Source of the DNA: an uncultured Acidimicrobiia bacterium
GTDB lineage: Bacteria > Actinomycetota > Acidimicrobiia > IMCC26256 > PALSA-555
Length of the DNA stretch: 64,000 nt
NCBI GenBank assembly: GCA_963809885.1
Contig: CAWELA010000004.1
Span: 61,019 to 125,018 of the forward strand
Reading direction: 5' to 3'
This document shows positions 18,027 to 27,839 of this stretch, one piece after another. Made by a program: the position numbers and the translations under genes. Positions within the stretch are counted from its first letter, which is position 1; each line of letters starts with the position of its first letter. The notes under the pieces were generated by a model. The model was not told the DNA's origin. It was given only the letters and a program-made list of their open reading frames with translations, and made no database searches.

Positions 18027-19592
18027 TCAACCGACCTCCAACGGTCGGTCACGAAGCAGGTAGCGCTTGACCTTGCCGGTGGCGGTCGTCGGCAGCTCAT
18101 CGACGATCTCGACCCATCGTGGGTACTTGTACGGCGCGAGGCGTGCTCGGACGTGCGCCTGGACTCGCTCGGCCAGCGTCGTCCGATCGGCCTCGGCCGT
18201 CGGCACGACGAAGGCGCGCGGCTTGACGAGCCCGTCGCCGGCCTCGGCGCCCACGATCGCGGCCTGGACGACGTCGTCGAGCTCGACGATGCATGCCTCC
18301 ACCTCGGCGGGGGACACCCAGATGCCGCCGACCTTGAGCATGTCGTCGGTCCGGCCGAGGTACACGAGATGGCCGTGTTCGGGGTCCTTCAGGTACTCGT
18401 CGCCGGTTGCCATGAACCGCCCGTGCAGGACGCGCCGGTTCTGGTCGGTCCGGTTCCAGTACCCGACGGTGACGCTCTCGCCCGCGACCCAGAGGTTGCC
18501 CGGCTCGCCGTCGGGCACGCGGTTGCCCTCGGTGTCGCGAAGCTCGACGTCGTAACCGGGCACCGGGACGCCGGAGGTGCCGGGGGCCGACCGGCCGGGG
18601 CGGTTCGACACGAAGATGTGCAGGATCTCGGTGGTGCCGATGCCGTCGAGGATCTCGACACCGAAGCGGTCGGCGAAGCGCCGGTGGAGGTCGGCGGGGA
18701 GGGCCTCGCCGGCCGACACTCCGAACCGTACGGAACGGAACGTCTCGGCGGGCAGGTCGGCGTTGAGCAGCGCGGCATAGAACGTCGGCACGCCGAAGAA
18801 CAACGTCGGCTCGTACCTGCGAACGTGCTCGGCAACATCGTGGGGATCCGGTCGTGCCGGGTTGAGGATCGCGGAGGCCCCGGTCGCCGGTGGGAAGTAG
18901 CCCGCGTTGCCGAGACCGTAGGCGAAGAAGAGCTTCGCCACCGAGTACACCCGATCCCCTTCGTTCATCCCGAGCACACCGATCGCGTACCGGTCGACGC
19001 AGCAGTCGAGGTCGGCGTGGCGATGGCGAGCGCCCTTCGGGAATCCCGTCGTTCCCGACGTGTAGAGCCAGAACGCGACATCGTCGACGGCCGCAGCGAA
19101 CACGTCGGGTGGGTCGTCGGCGCGGGCGAGCGCGTCGGCGACCCGATCCGCGGCGGCGATGTCGGCACCGCCGTCGACCAACGCGAACCGGAGGTGAGGC
19201 GCGTCCGAGAGCGCGGCGGGTGCAGCGGCTCTGATCTCGGCGGAGACGACGAGGCCGACCGCGCGCGAGTCATCGAGCAGGAACCGATAGTCGGCCTCGG
19301 TGAGCATCGTCGACACCGGGACGGGTACCGCGCCGATCCAGATCGCGCCCCAGAAGAACGCGAGGAACATCGGGGTGTCCGTGAGCACGAGGAGGACCCG
19401 TTGCTCGGGCTGCACCCCCCGCTCGAGCAGCACCTCGGCGGCCCGGCGGACCTCGTCCGCGACCTCGCCCCGCGACCACGTCCGGCCGGTCGGCGCGTCG
19501 ATGAACTGCGTGGCGTCAGGAGCGAGCCGTTCGGGCTCGACGACGAAGCGGAACACCGAGTTCGTGTGCTCGACATCGACCGTTGCGGCCAC
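18027..19592 (-). CDS. benzoate-CoA ligase family aryl-CoA ligase (benzoate/4-hydroxybenzoate/2-aminobenzoate-CoA ligase-like)
   Basis: ORF-track 521 aa: ...FWLYTSGTTGFPKGARHRH..., ...GYWNRTDQN..., ...GRTDDMLKVGGIWVSPAEVEACI..., ...LPTTATGKVKRYLLRD. The stop lies 1 nt before the start of esterase copy 3. Confidence 0.85.
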   Translation of the reverse strand: MAATVDVEHTNSVFRFVVEPERLAPDATQFIDAPTGRTWSRGEVADEVRRAAEVLLERGVQPEQRVLLVLTDTPMFLAFFWGAIWIGAVPVPVSTMLTEADYRFLLDDSRAVGLVVSAEIRAAAPAALSDAPHLRFALVDGGADIAAADRVADALARADDPPDVFAAAVDDVAFWLYTSGTTGFPKGARHRHADLDCCVDRYAIGVLGMNEGDRVYSVAKLFFAYGLGNAGYFPPATGASAILNPARPDPHDVAEHVRRYEPTLFFGVPTFYAALLNADLPAETFRSVRFGVSAGEALPADLHRRFADRFGVEILDGIGTTEILHIFVSNRPGRSAPGTSGVPVPGYDVELRDTEGNRVPDGEPGNLWVAGESVTVGYWNRTDQNRRVLHGRFMATGDEYLKDPEHGHLVYLGRTDDMLKVGGIWVSPAEVEACIVELDDVVQAAIVGAEAGDGLVKPRAFVVPTAEADRTTLAERVQAHVRARLAPYKYPRWVEIVDELPTTATGKVKRYLLRDRPLEVG

Positions 19593-19712
19593 GGTCCCCC
19601 CGTTCGACTGCCGACGCTCGGCGAACGGTCTACAACAACTTGGCGTCGGGCGAAAGCGGTGTAGACAAATTCCCGGGAGCGTGGCGGCGGGGGCGGTGGG
19701 GAAGCGGTGATG

Positions 19713-19741
19713 TTGACAGAAATTGAGACTAAGCCTAAGTT
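19713..19741 (+). promoter_or_regulatory. candidate sigma-70-type promoter TTGACA-17 nt-TAAGTT for the cupin/di-iron/beta-oxidation operon
   Basis: TTGACA is at 19713..19718 and TAAGTT at 19736..19741, inside the only strongly AT-rich stretch of the 182-nt divergent intergenic region. The inverted repeat ACAGAAA(19716)...TTTCTGT(19740) overlaps it. AGGGGGG SD and ATG 19775 follow. Confidence 0.4.
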
Positions 19742-19774
19742 TCTGTAGAACATTTCGAGCAGGGGGGAACCGCG

Positions 19775-20233
19775 ATGTCGAGCACGACCACCCAACGCCC
19801 GCCGGAGTACCTGATCGGGTCCACGAGCGGGATCATTCACTCCCAGGACATGCCGTGGGTGCCGCAGCCGGGGATCGAGGGCTCGTGGATCAAGCTGTTG
19901 CGCACGATCCCCGAGACCGGCGGGATGGTCTTCCTCCTGAGGATCGCCGAGGGCGTGAAGGGACCCATGCACAAGCACTTCGCGTCGGCGGAGTACTTCG
20001 TCCTCGAGGGGGAGCTCACCTTCGGCACCGAGCACCTCGGCCCGGGCAGCTACGCGTACGAGATGGGCGGCTTCCGCCACACCGAGGACCCGCCCGACAC
20101 CGAGACCGTCATGCTCTTCATCACCCACGGTCCGCTCCAGGTCATCAACGAGGACGGCAGCCGGGGTGTGGTGGTCGACACCGACTCGGTCGTGAAGGCC
20201 GTGGAGCGCTACAAGGCCGAGCTCGCTTCCTGA
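19775..20233 (+). CDS. small cupin-domain protein (ChrR-C-terminal-like cupin)
   Basis: ORF-track 152 aa: ...MPWVPQPGIEGSWIKLLRTIPETGGMVFLLRIAEGVKGPMHKHFASAEYFVLEGELTFG... It has a good SD and ATG. Confidence 0.7.
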   Translation: MSSTTTQRPPEYLIGSTSGIIHSQDMPWVPQPGIEGSWIKLLRTIPETGGMVFLLRIAEGVKGPMHKHFASAEYFVLEGELTFGTEHLGPGSYAYEMGGFRHTEDPPDTETVMLFITHGPLQVINEDGSRGVVVDTDSVVKAVERYKAELAS

Positions 20234-20353
20234 TCCACTCCGGCCGGCAGGCCCGCGGCCGCGGTGGTTGCCCACGGCGACGCGCCGCGGTACGGTCTCC
20301 CGACCGACCGTTCGGTCTGTACCCGCTCGGTCCGGAGAGGCACAGGAGGAGAC

Positions 20354-21376
20354 ATGGCCGCGCTCGTCGTCCCGGACGGTGGCTTCGTCACGCCCCCCAC
20401 CGTTCCCCAGCCCAACATCTTCCCGATCGAGTGGCGGGTGGAGACGCCCAAGCTCGCGGAGATCTACGAGCGGGCGAAGGAGCAGGTGTGGAACCCGAGC
20501 GACATCGACTGGGTCTCCATCGACCCGGCGTCGTTCTCGCGGGAGGAGCAGCTCGGCATCGCGTACTGGTTCGCGGTGCTCGCCAACTTCGACGCGTCCG
20601 GGCCCCCGGTGTTCGCCCACGCGATGGTGCAGTCGTTCGAGCACCACGAGGAGGACCCGCTCCGCAAGTGCTTCTTCTCGATCACCCGCGACGAGGTGAA
20701 CCACGAAGAAGCCTGCCAGCGCGCGATCCAGCGGTTCATCCCCGGAGGTCCGCTCGACTGGGAGCCGCGCACCGATCTCGAGCGCGCGTTCCACAACAAC
20801 ATCGGCTGGCTGTACCACAACGGCGGCCGCTACTGGAACGGCTTCGTCGGCTCCTTCGGCAAGTACCCGCTCGCCGTCGTCTTCACCTCGTTCATGATGG
20901 GCGAGGTCGCGTCATCGACGCTGTTCCGGGGGATGGCCACCGGCACACGCCACGAAGCGTTTCGCGAGCTGTTCAAGCGGGTCGGCCGGGACGAGTCGCG
21001 CCACCTCCAGATCTGCCTGACGATCCTCGACTCGCAATGGCCGGGACTCACCGACGACCTGCGCGAGATGGTGACCAAGCAGCTCCGCGCCGGCTTCGTG
21101 TTCCTGTCGATGGTGCTCTGGGAACCGCCGAACCAGTTCTGGGAGCTGACGCCCTACTTCATGGAGAACCATCGCGTGCTCATGAACTACGCACGCGAGG
21201 CGGGACTCGGCGTCTTGTCCTACGACGAGCAGGCCGCGAACTGGCAGCTCGCGATGGCGCGTGTCCGCACGGTCGTCGAGCGATGGGGGATCGAGTTCCC
21301 CGCGATCCCCGAGCTCGACATCGAAGGAGTCGACGTCGGTGACATCACCGCCGAGGACATCATCCCGATCTTCTGA
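20354..21376 (+). CDS. ferritin-like di-metal carboxylate protein, R2-like ligand-binding oxidase (R2lox)/AurF-like oxygenase
   Basis: ATG 20354, preceded by AGGAGGA, lies inside ORF 20264..21376. A full six-ligand set is present: ...VLANFDASG..., RDEVNHEEA (ExxH), ...MMGEVASS..., GRDESRHLQ (ExxH). The N-terminal W-N-P-S-D-I-D-W matches the R2 pattern W-x-P-x-D-I-D. 340 aa. Confidence 0.7.
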   Translation: MAALVVPDGGFVTPPTVPQPNIFPIEWRVETPKLAEIYERAKEQVWNPSDIDWVSIDPASFSREEQLGIAYWFAVLANFDASGPPVFAHAMVQSFEHHEEDPLRKCFFSITRDEVNHEEACQRAIQRFIPGGPLDWEPRTDLERAFHNNIGWLYHNGGRYWNGFVGSFGKYPLAVVFTSFMMGEVASSTLFRGMATGTRHEAFRELFKRVGRDESRHLQICLTILDSQWPGLTDDLREMVTKQLRAGFVFLSMVLWEPPNQFWELTPYFMENHRVLMNYAREAGLGVLSYDEQAANWQLAMARVRTVVERWGIEFPAIPELDIEGVDVGDITAEDIIPIF

Positions 21377-21433
21377 GTCCTTCGTCCGTCCACGTTCGTC
21401 TCCCTGGCCCCTCCCGTCTACGGTCAACGGCTC

Positions 21434-22324
21434 GTGGGATCGTTGAGCACCGAGCCGCCGGTCGTCGAGCGACTGGGGATCCTCGGCGGGGGCACGATGG
21501 GTGGCGGGATCGCACACGCGTTCATCGCGGTCGGGATGCCCGTCGTCGTCGTCGAATCCGATCCGGCGCGGGCCGACGTGACCCGATCGGCGATCACCGA
21601 ATCGGTGCGTCGTGCCGGTGACCGAGGTCATGTGGCCGACGTCGACGACGCGCTCGGGTGTCTCGACGTGACCGCCGATCGGTGGGCCTTGCGCGAGGCC
21701 GATCTGGTGGTCGAGGCGGTGCCGGAGGTTCCAGAGCTCAAGCGCGACGTGCTGACCGGGCTCGAGCAGGTGATCGGTCGTGACGCGGTGCTCGCGAGCA
21801 ACACGAGCTCGATTTCCATCGATCTGCTCGCTGCTTCTCTCGAACGACCTGACCGCTTCCTCGGGATGCACTTCTTCAACCCGGTGCCCGCCTCGCAGCT
21901 CGTCGAGCTCGTTCGCGGGGCCGCAACCGCCGCGAGCGCGCTCGACGTCGCGCGCTCGGCCGCGAGCAGGATCGACAAGGAGGCCATCGAGGTCGCCGAT
22001 GCGCCGGGGTTCGCGAGCAGTCGGCTCGGTGTGGCGATCGGACTCGAGGCGATCCGCATGCTCGAAGAAGGTGTCGCCTCCGCTGAGGACATCGACCGAG
22101 CGATGGTGCTCGGGTATCGCTTTCCGATGGGTCCGCTGCGTCTCACGGATGTCGTCGGCCTCGATGTCCGCCTCGCGATCGCGGAGTACCTGCACGCCAC
22201 GCTCGGAGCACGGTTCGCACCGCCTGATCTGCTCCGCGACAAGGTCACTCGTGGGGACCTGGGTAAGAAGTCGGGCCGCGGCTTCTTCGACTGGCAGCGC
22301 GAAGGCTCCGGAGGGCGATCGTGA
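21434..22324 (+). CDS. 3-hydroxyacyl-CoA (3-hydroxybutyryl-CoA) dehydrogenase family protein
   Basis: ORF-track 296 aa. Rossmann motif LGILGGGTMGGGIAHAF, then ...NTSSISI..., ...MHFFNPVP..., and the C-terminal 3HCDH domain. Confidence 0.9.
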   Translation: MGSLSTEPPVVERLGILGGGTMGGGIAHAFIAVGMPVVVVESDPARADVTRSAITESVRRAGDRGHVADVDDALGCLDVTADRWALREADLVVEAVPEVPELKRDVLTGLEQVIGRDAVLASNTSSISIDLLAASLERPDRFLGMHFFNPVPASQLVELVRGAATAASALDVARSAASRIDKEAIEVADAPGFASSRLGVAIGLEAIRMLEEGVASAEDIDRAMVLGYRFPMGPLRLTDVVGLDVRLAIAEYLHATLGARFAPPDLLRDKVTRGDLGKKSGRGFFDWQREGSGGRS

Positions 22325-23514
22325 CCGCAGGCGCGGTGTTCGTCGTCGACGCGTGCCGGACGCCGGTCGGCCGGTTCCGCGGCGCGTTGTCGCGCGTCCG
22401 GCCCGACGACCTCGCGGCGCTGGTGGTCGGCGATCTCCTTCGTCGCAACCCGGCGGTCCCGGCGGAGGAGCTCGAAGAGGTCTGGCTCGGAGCCGCCAAC
22501 CAGGCGGGAGAGGACAACCGCAACGTTGCGCGCATGGCCGTGCTGCTCGCCGGGCTGCCCCTCGCGATCGGTGGCGCGACGGTGAACCGGCTGTGCGGCT
22601 CCGGCCTCGAAGCGGTGAACACGGCGGCCGCGGCGCTGCTCGCAGGACGGGGCGAGGTGATGATCGCCGGGGGCGTGGAATCCATGAGTCGAGCCCCCTT
22701 CGTCATGGCCAAGGCCGAGGAGCCCCTGCCCCGGCGCGCCGAGCTCGTCGACACCGCGCTCGGCTGGCGGCTGGTCAACCCGGCGCTCTCCGGCGAGTAC
22801 ACGGTCTCGATGGGGGAGACGGCCGAGGTGCTCGCCCGGGAGTACCGGATCGTCCGCGCGGCGCAGGACGAGTTCGCGCTCGAGAGTCATCGCCGGGCGG
22901 TTGCGGCCCAAGACGACGGAGCGTTCGACGCCGAGCTCGTCCCGGTACCCATCGGTGACGGCACCGAGGTCACTTGCGACGAGGGCCCGCGGCCCGACAC
23001 CACGATCGAGCAGCTGGCGTCACTGCGCCCCGCGTTCGCAGCCGACGGGACCGTCACGCCGGGGAACTCGAGCCCACTGAACGACGGAGCGGCCGCCCTG
23101 CTGCTGGCGACCGGTGCCGCGGCCGATCGGTTGGGACTCGATCCGATCGCGCGGGTCGTCGGTGCCGCGACCGCGGGGGTGGAGCCCCAGCGCATGGGCA
23201 TCGGGCCGGTGCCCGCGACTCGCAAGGCGCTGGATCGAGCGGGATGGACGGTCGACGACCTCGCCCTCGTGGAGCTCAACGAGGCGTTCGCGGCCCAGAG
23301 CCTCGCCGTACTCGGCGAGCTGGCGCTGGACCGAGAGCGCTGCAACGTCCTGGGCGGCGCCATCGCGCTCGGCCATCCCCTCGGGTGCTCGGGCGCCCGG
23401 ATCCTCACGACCCTGAGCCATCGCCTCCGAGCCGAGCCGTCGGGGACACGCGCAGCCGCCACGATGTGCATCGGCGTCGGCCAGGGCATCACGACGCTGT
23501 TGGAGCGGGCATGA
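22321..23514 (+). CDS. acetyl-CoA C-acyltransferase (thiolase)
   Basis: ORF-track 397 aa: [10 protein letters not shown] (active-site Cys), ...[12 protein letters not shown]..., ...NEAFAAQ..., ...[17 protein letters not shown].... A GTGA overlap joins it to the upstream gene. Confidence 0.95.
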   Translation: MTAGAVFVVDACRTPVGRFRGALSRVRPDDLAALVVGDLLRRNPAVPAEELEEVWLGAANQAGEDNRNVARMAVLLAGLPLAIGGATVNRLCGSGLEAVNTAAAALLAGRGEVMIAGGVESMSRAPFVMAKAEEPLPRRAELVDTALGWRLVNPALSGEYTVSMGETAEVLAREYRIVRAAQDEFALESHRRAVAAQDDGAFDAELVPVPIGDGTEVTCDEGPRPDTTIEQLASLRPAFAADGTVTPGNSSPLNDGAAALLLATGAAADRLGLDPIARVVGAATAGVEPQRMGIGPVPATRKALDRAGWTVDDLALVELNEAFAAQSLAVLGELALDRERCNVLGGAIALGHPLGCSGARILTTLSHRLRAEPSGTRAAATMCIGVGQGITTLLERA

Positions 23515-24291
23515 GTCCCGCGGCGCGCTCGGAGGGCGGGGGTCCTCGCAACCTCCGGATCGAGGACCGCGGCTCGTTCGTGCTGGTGGGACTCGACCGC
23601 GCCGAGAAGAAGAACGCACTGGACGAGGCGACGATCGACGAGCTGCATGCAGTACTCGACGCGCACTCGCGGGAGCCGGTGATCCTCGTCGTGCACTCCA
23701 CGACCCGCGGAGTCTTCGCTGCCGGCGCGGACATCGCCGAGCTTCTCGAGCGCGATGCCGATGCCGCGCTGCGCGCGATCAACGCCGGGCTCTGCGAGCA
23801 CCTCGAGGCGCATCGCTGGCCGACCATTGCCGCGGTCGACGGGTGGGCGTTGGGCGGCGGCTGCGAGCTGGCCCTCGCGTGCGACCTGCGGGTCGCCAGT
23901 ACCGATGCCCGCTTCGGGCAGCCCGAGCTCTCGCTCGGGATCATGGCCGGGGCGGGTGGGAACTGGCGCCTCACCCAGCTCGTCGGGCTGGGGATGGCGC
24001 GGCGGATGCTGTACGCGGGCGAGGTGCTGGATGCCGATGCCGCGCGAATCTGCCGGTCTCGTCGACGGTGTCCATCCTCCCGAGGAGCTGCTCGATGCGG
24101 CGATCGCGCTGGCGGAGAAGATCGCGAGGCGCTCGTGGCGTGCACTCGAGCTGACCAAGCTCGCCTTGCGGCTCCACCGCCCGGCGACGACCACCTTCGA
24201 CATCGTGGGCCAAGCCCTGCTGTTCGACGGCGACGACAAGCGGAGCCGAATGACCGACTTCCTCGACCGCCGACGAAAGGACGACCGGTGA
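23511..24291 (+). pseudogene. enoyl-CoA hydratase/isomerase (crotonase) family protein 1, one frame break as assembled
   Basis: [37 protein letters not shown]...[10 protein letters not shown]...[22 protein letters not shown]...[11 protein letters not shown] is followed, in ORF 23755..24291, by [27 protein letters not shown]...[10 protein letters not shown]. The break is at about 24045. An ATGA overlap joins it to the thiolase gene. Confidence 0.85.
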
Positions 24292-25113
24292 GCACCGAGA
24301 CCACGACCCGCGATCCGTACGGGCACTTCCAGACGCTGAAGTTCGAGTGGCCGGCCCCCGGCGTGCTGCGCATCGTCATGGACGCGCCCGGTCTGAACGC
24401 GGCCGGGCACGACATGCACCGGGAGCTCGCGGATGTCTGGCTCGCCGTCGATCGCGACCCCGCGACGCGGGTCGCCATCGTGGCCGGCGCGGGCAAGAAC
24501 TTCTCCTCGGGTGGCTCGTTCGATCTCATCGAGGACATGGCGTCCGACTTCGCCGTCCGCACCCGCGTGCTGCGCGAGGCCCGTGACCTGGTCTACAACG
24601 TCATCAACTGCTCGAAGCCCGTCGTCTCGGCGATGAACGGCGCGGCAGTGGGTGCCGGACTGGTGGTCGGGCTGCTCGCCGACATCTCGATCGCGTCGCG
24701 CTCGGCGCGGATCATCGACGGCCACACGCGTCTCGGGGTCGCAGCGGGCGACCATGCGGCGATCTGCTGGCCGCTGCTCTGCGGGATGGCGAAGGCCAAG
24801 TACCACCTCCTGACGTGTCGGCCGGTGACCGGTGAGGAGGCCGAACGCATCGGCCTGGTGTCGCTCTGCGTCGACGACGACGCCCTCGAGGAGACAGCGA
24901 TCGAGGTTGCGACCGAGCTCGCGACGGGCGCCCAGTTCGCGGTCCGCGCGACGAAGCTCGCGCTCAACAACTGGTACCGGACGCTCGGTCCGGTGTTCGA
25001 CGCGTCGCTCGCCTACGAGTTCTACGGCTTCGGTGGACCCGACGTCCGCGAAGGCGTCGCCGCCCGACGCGAGAAGCGCGAAGCACGACTTCACCGGGCC
25101 CACCTTCGAGTAG
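24288..25113 (+). pseudogene. enoyl-CoA hydratase/isomerase (crotonase) family protein 2, frame break near the 3' end as assembled
   Basis: The GTG start overlaps the upstream stop (GTGA). The protein reads [32 protein letters not shown]...[11 protein letters not shown]...[22 protein letters not shown]...[10 protein letters not shown], then shifts at about 25080 into [10 protein letters not shown] (TAG 25111-25113). Confidence 0.85.
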
Positions 25114-25133
25114 GGCCTTGCGCGCGAAACCGG

Positions 25134-26742
25134 CTACTTCGGGACTTCGACACCGGCGACCTCGCGATCCCACGTCCGCTCGTTGAGTGGGTCCTCGCGG
25201 AGCTTGACCTTCTGGACGCGCATCGTGGCCTCGGTCTTGGGCAGCCCGTCGACCACCTCGATGAACCTGGGGACCATGAACCGCGGCATCAGGGGGATCA
25301 AGAACTCGACGAGCTCCGCGGGATCGAGCTCGGCGCCGTCCGCCACCACGACGCAGACCTTCACCTCCTGCTCGCCGGAGTCCGTCGAGACCCCGATCGC
25401 CGCGCACTCGCCGACGGCCACGTGCTGGAGCACGATCTTCTCCACCTCGAACGACGAGATGTTCTCGCCCCGTCGTCGGATGGCGTCCTTCTGGCGGTCG
25501 ACGAAGTAGTAGCTGCCCGCCTCGTCCCGGCGGAACCCGTCGCCGGTGTGGAGCCAGCCGTTGCGCCAGAGCTCATTCGTCTTCTCCGCCATGTTCCAGT
25601 ACGCCGTCGCCATCCACCAGGGCTGGTCGGTCCGGACCACGAGCTCGCCCACCTCGCCGATCGGGACCTCGAAGTCGTGCTCGTCGACGATGCGGACCTG
25701 GTACCCCGGACGGGGTGTGCCGCATGTCGGGGAGTCGTCGGTGACGTCGCGGCGGCTGGTGACGTTGCCGGCCTCGGTCATGCCGTAATGCGTCCGCATC
25801 GTGACGCCGAACCGCTCCCGGAACGCGTGGATGATCGGCGAGGAGATGACGTGCTTGAGGCTGTGCTTGCGGTCATCGTCGGTGCGGGGCTGCGAGAGGA
25901 GCCAGTGCGCCATGGCCGGGACCACGAGCGTGAACGTGCAGCCGTGCTCGTCGATGTCCTTCCAGAAGGCACCGGTGTCGAAGCTCTCGCGCGACACGCT
26001 GCACCCGCCCATGTATGCGGCCTGGGCGATCATCCCTTTGCCGGACATGTGGAACATCGGGAAGGCGCCGTAGATCGCGTCGTCCGCGGTCAGGTCGTCG
26101 AGCAGCCCGACGCCGAGGATCATCGTGCCCCAGGGCGTCACCACCCCCTTCGACGGGCCCGTGGTCCCCGAGGTGTACGCGATGGTCATCACGTCCCACG
26201 GCGCGGGAGCGACCAGATCCGTCGCCGGAGTGGCGCCGTCGAGGAGCGCTTCGGATCCGACCACGCGCACGCGCCCGCCGGCCATCGGTCCGAACGGTCG
26301 GGCCGCGTCGGGGACCACGATCGTCTCGAGGTGGCGTGACGGCGTCCACGACCTCGGCGAAACGATCGAGGTACCGCTCGGCAACGATCGCCGTCGCCGC
26401 CCCGGAGTCCTGGAGCAGGTACTCGAGCATGTAGCCGCGGTACGCGGTGTTGAGCGGGACCTCCAGCCCGCGGATCCACGCGGTGCCCAACCAGGCGGCG
26501 ACCGTCTCCATGCAGTTCGGCATCATCACTGCGACGCGATCGCCCGGTGTGACGCCGAGGCGACGGAGCGCGTCCGCCCAGGTCAGGAACAGCGTGTGTG
26601 CCTCGCCGTAGGTGAGCGTCCGGTCGTTCGTGATGTCGACGAGGAACCGGCGATCGGGTGTCGTCGCGGATCGACGGGCGATGACCTCGGGCAGGGTGAC
26701 CCGTTCGTCGAACTCCTCGTAGCCGTGGGGGACCGCGCGCAT
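25134..26742 (-). pseudogene. AMP-dependent acyl-CoA synthetase/ligase (FadD/CaiC-like), one frame break as assembled
   Basis: The N-terminus lies in the frame of ORF 25873..27735 (MRAVPHGYEEFDERVTLPEVIARRSATTPDRRFLVD...[15 protein letters not shown]). It continues in ORF 25134..26384 ([10 protein letters not shown]...[14 protein letters not shown]...[39 protein letters not shown]...). The break is at about 26332, an extra C in CCACC. Confidence 0.85.
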
Positions 26743-27716
26743 CAGAACGTCGCGATCGGATTCGCGGGGCTCCCCGTCCCACCCTCGAGACGAAGTGGTG
26801 CGAGCGTGAACAGGAACTCGTGGCGCGCGAGCCGCGCGCACGTCGCGGCCAGCTCCTCCAGGTCGCAGTTGTCGATGAGGCACAGACCCATCGCAACCAT
26901 GCCGATGGCATGCACCGGCAGACCGATCGTGCGGTACCCCGACGGGACCACGTCCTGGGCGGTGTCGCACCCGATGGCCGCGACCCCTCGCTCGTGCAGC
27001 CAAGGAAGCGCAGCGGCGTGCCAACCCGCCTGACCTTCGTGAGGCGGCACCGGACCGCGGTCGCGCTTGCATCGCGCGTAGCCCGTGCGCAGCAGCACAG
27101 CGTCCCCGGCCTCGACGCGCACGCCCTGCGCCGCCTCGGCGGCCTCGAGATCCTCGGGGAACACGCCCGTGCCGGGCTCGAGCCAGTCGACGCCGCGCGC
27201 GGCCGGGATGTCGAGGAGGACGCCTCGAGTCACGACCCCGGAGTGCATCGCGGTCACCGCGAGGTTCGTGGCGCCGAACATCGAGTTCACCAGCTCGGCC
27301 GGACCGCCGTTGTAGGCGCGACGGTCCCAGAACATGTGTGAGAGGGCGTCGACATGGGTGATGTTCACCCCGTGGAACACACACCCGAAGTACTCGGCAG
27401 CACCCGCCTGACGCGACATGTCCATGCCCGGCACCGGGTGTGGCGGCACCACACGGTGCTCGTCGGCCAGCCCCTCGCCCGTCATCAGCATGTGCCGCTG
27501 GACCGGGCCGAACATGTCGCCCGTCTGCGGCATCGTGCTGAGGTCCCAGGCACAGGACACGGTGATGCCCTCGGCCACGAGGGCCGCGGCGCGGCGTCGA
27601 ACCTCGGGGGTGATCAGGTTCAGCGTGCCGAGCTGGTCGTCGGGGCCCCAGCGACCCCAGTTCGAGAGCGTCTCGTGGTACTCGAGGATCTGGTCCTCCG
27701 TCGGCGCGTCGGCCAT
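26742..27716 (-). CDS. cyclase-family protein (kynurenine-formamidase-like putative cyclase)
   Basis: ORF-track 324 aa: ...WGRWGPDDQLGTLNLI..., metal-site-like FHGVNITHVDALSH, ...DAVLLRTGY.... Its stop shares 1 nt with the downstream ACS start. Confidence 0.7.
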   Translation of the reverse strand: MADAPTEDQILEYHETLSNWGRWGPDDQLGTLNLITPEVRRRAAALVAEGITVSCAWDLSTMPQTGDMFGPVQRHMLMTGEGLADEHRVVPPHPVPGMDMSRQAGAAEYFGCVFHGVNITHVDALSHMFWDRRAYNGGPAELVNSMFGATNLAVTAMHSGVVTRGVLLDIPAARGVDWLEPGTGVFPEDLEAAEAAQGVRVEAGDAVLLRTGYARCKRDRGPVPPHEGQAGWHAAALPWLHERGVAAIGCDTAQDVVPSGYRTIGLPVHAIGMVAMGLCLIDNCDLEELAATCARLARHEFLFTLAPLRLEGGTGSPANPIATF

Positions 27717-27839
27717 GGTCCCCCCCGGCGGTCATCGGACGATGTCGTCGGACGCGAGCGTCTCTGCGACGCTAGGGCGGAGCGCCCGAGGAGTCAATAC
27801 ACTTGCCGTATCAGCAGTACCAAATCTGTAGAGTCTCCC

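Noticed and set aside
22974-26339. 1121-aa ORF spanning the thiolase 3' end, both crotonases and the antisense of the acyl-CoA ligase
   Set aside because: It is a chimeric read-through typical of GC-rich DNA. Only the segments 23511..~24045 and 24288..~25080 carry recognisable crotonase sequence. The rest is low-complexity Arg/Gly/Pro/Asp sequence antisense to a well-supported gene.
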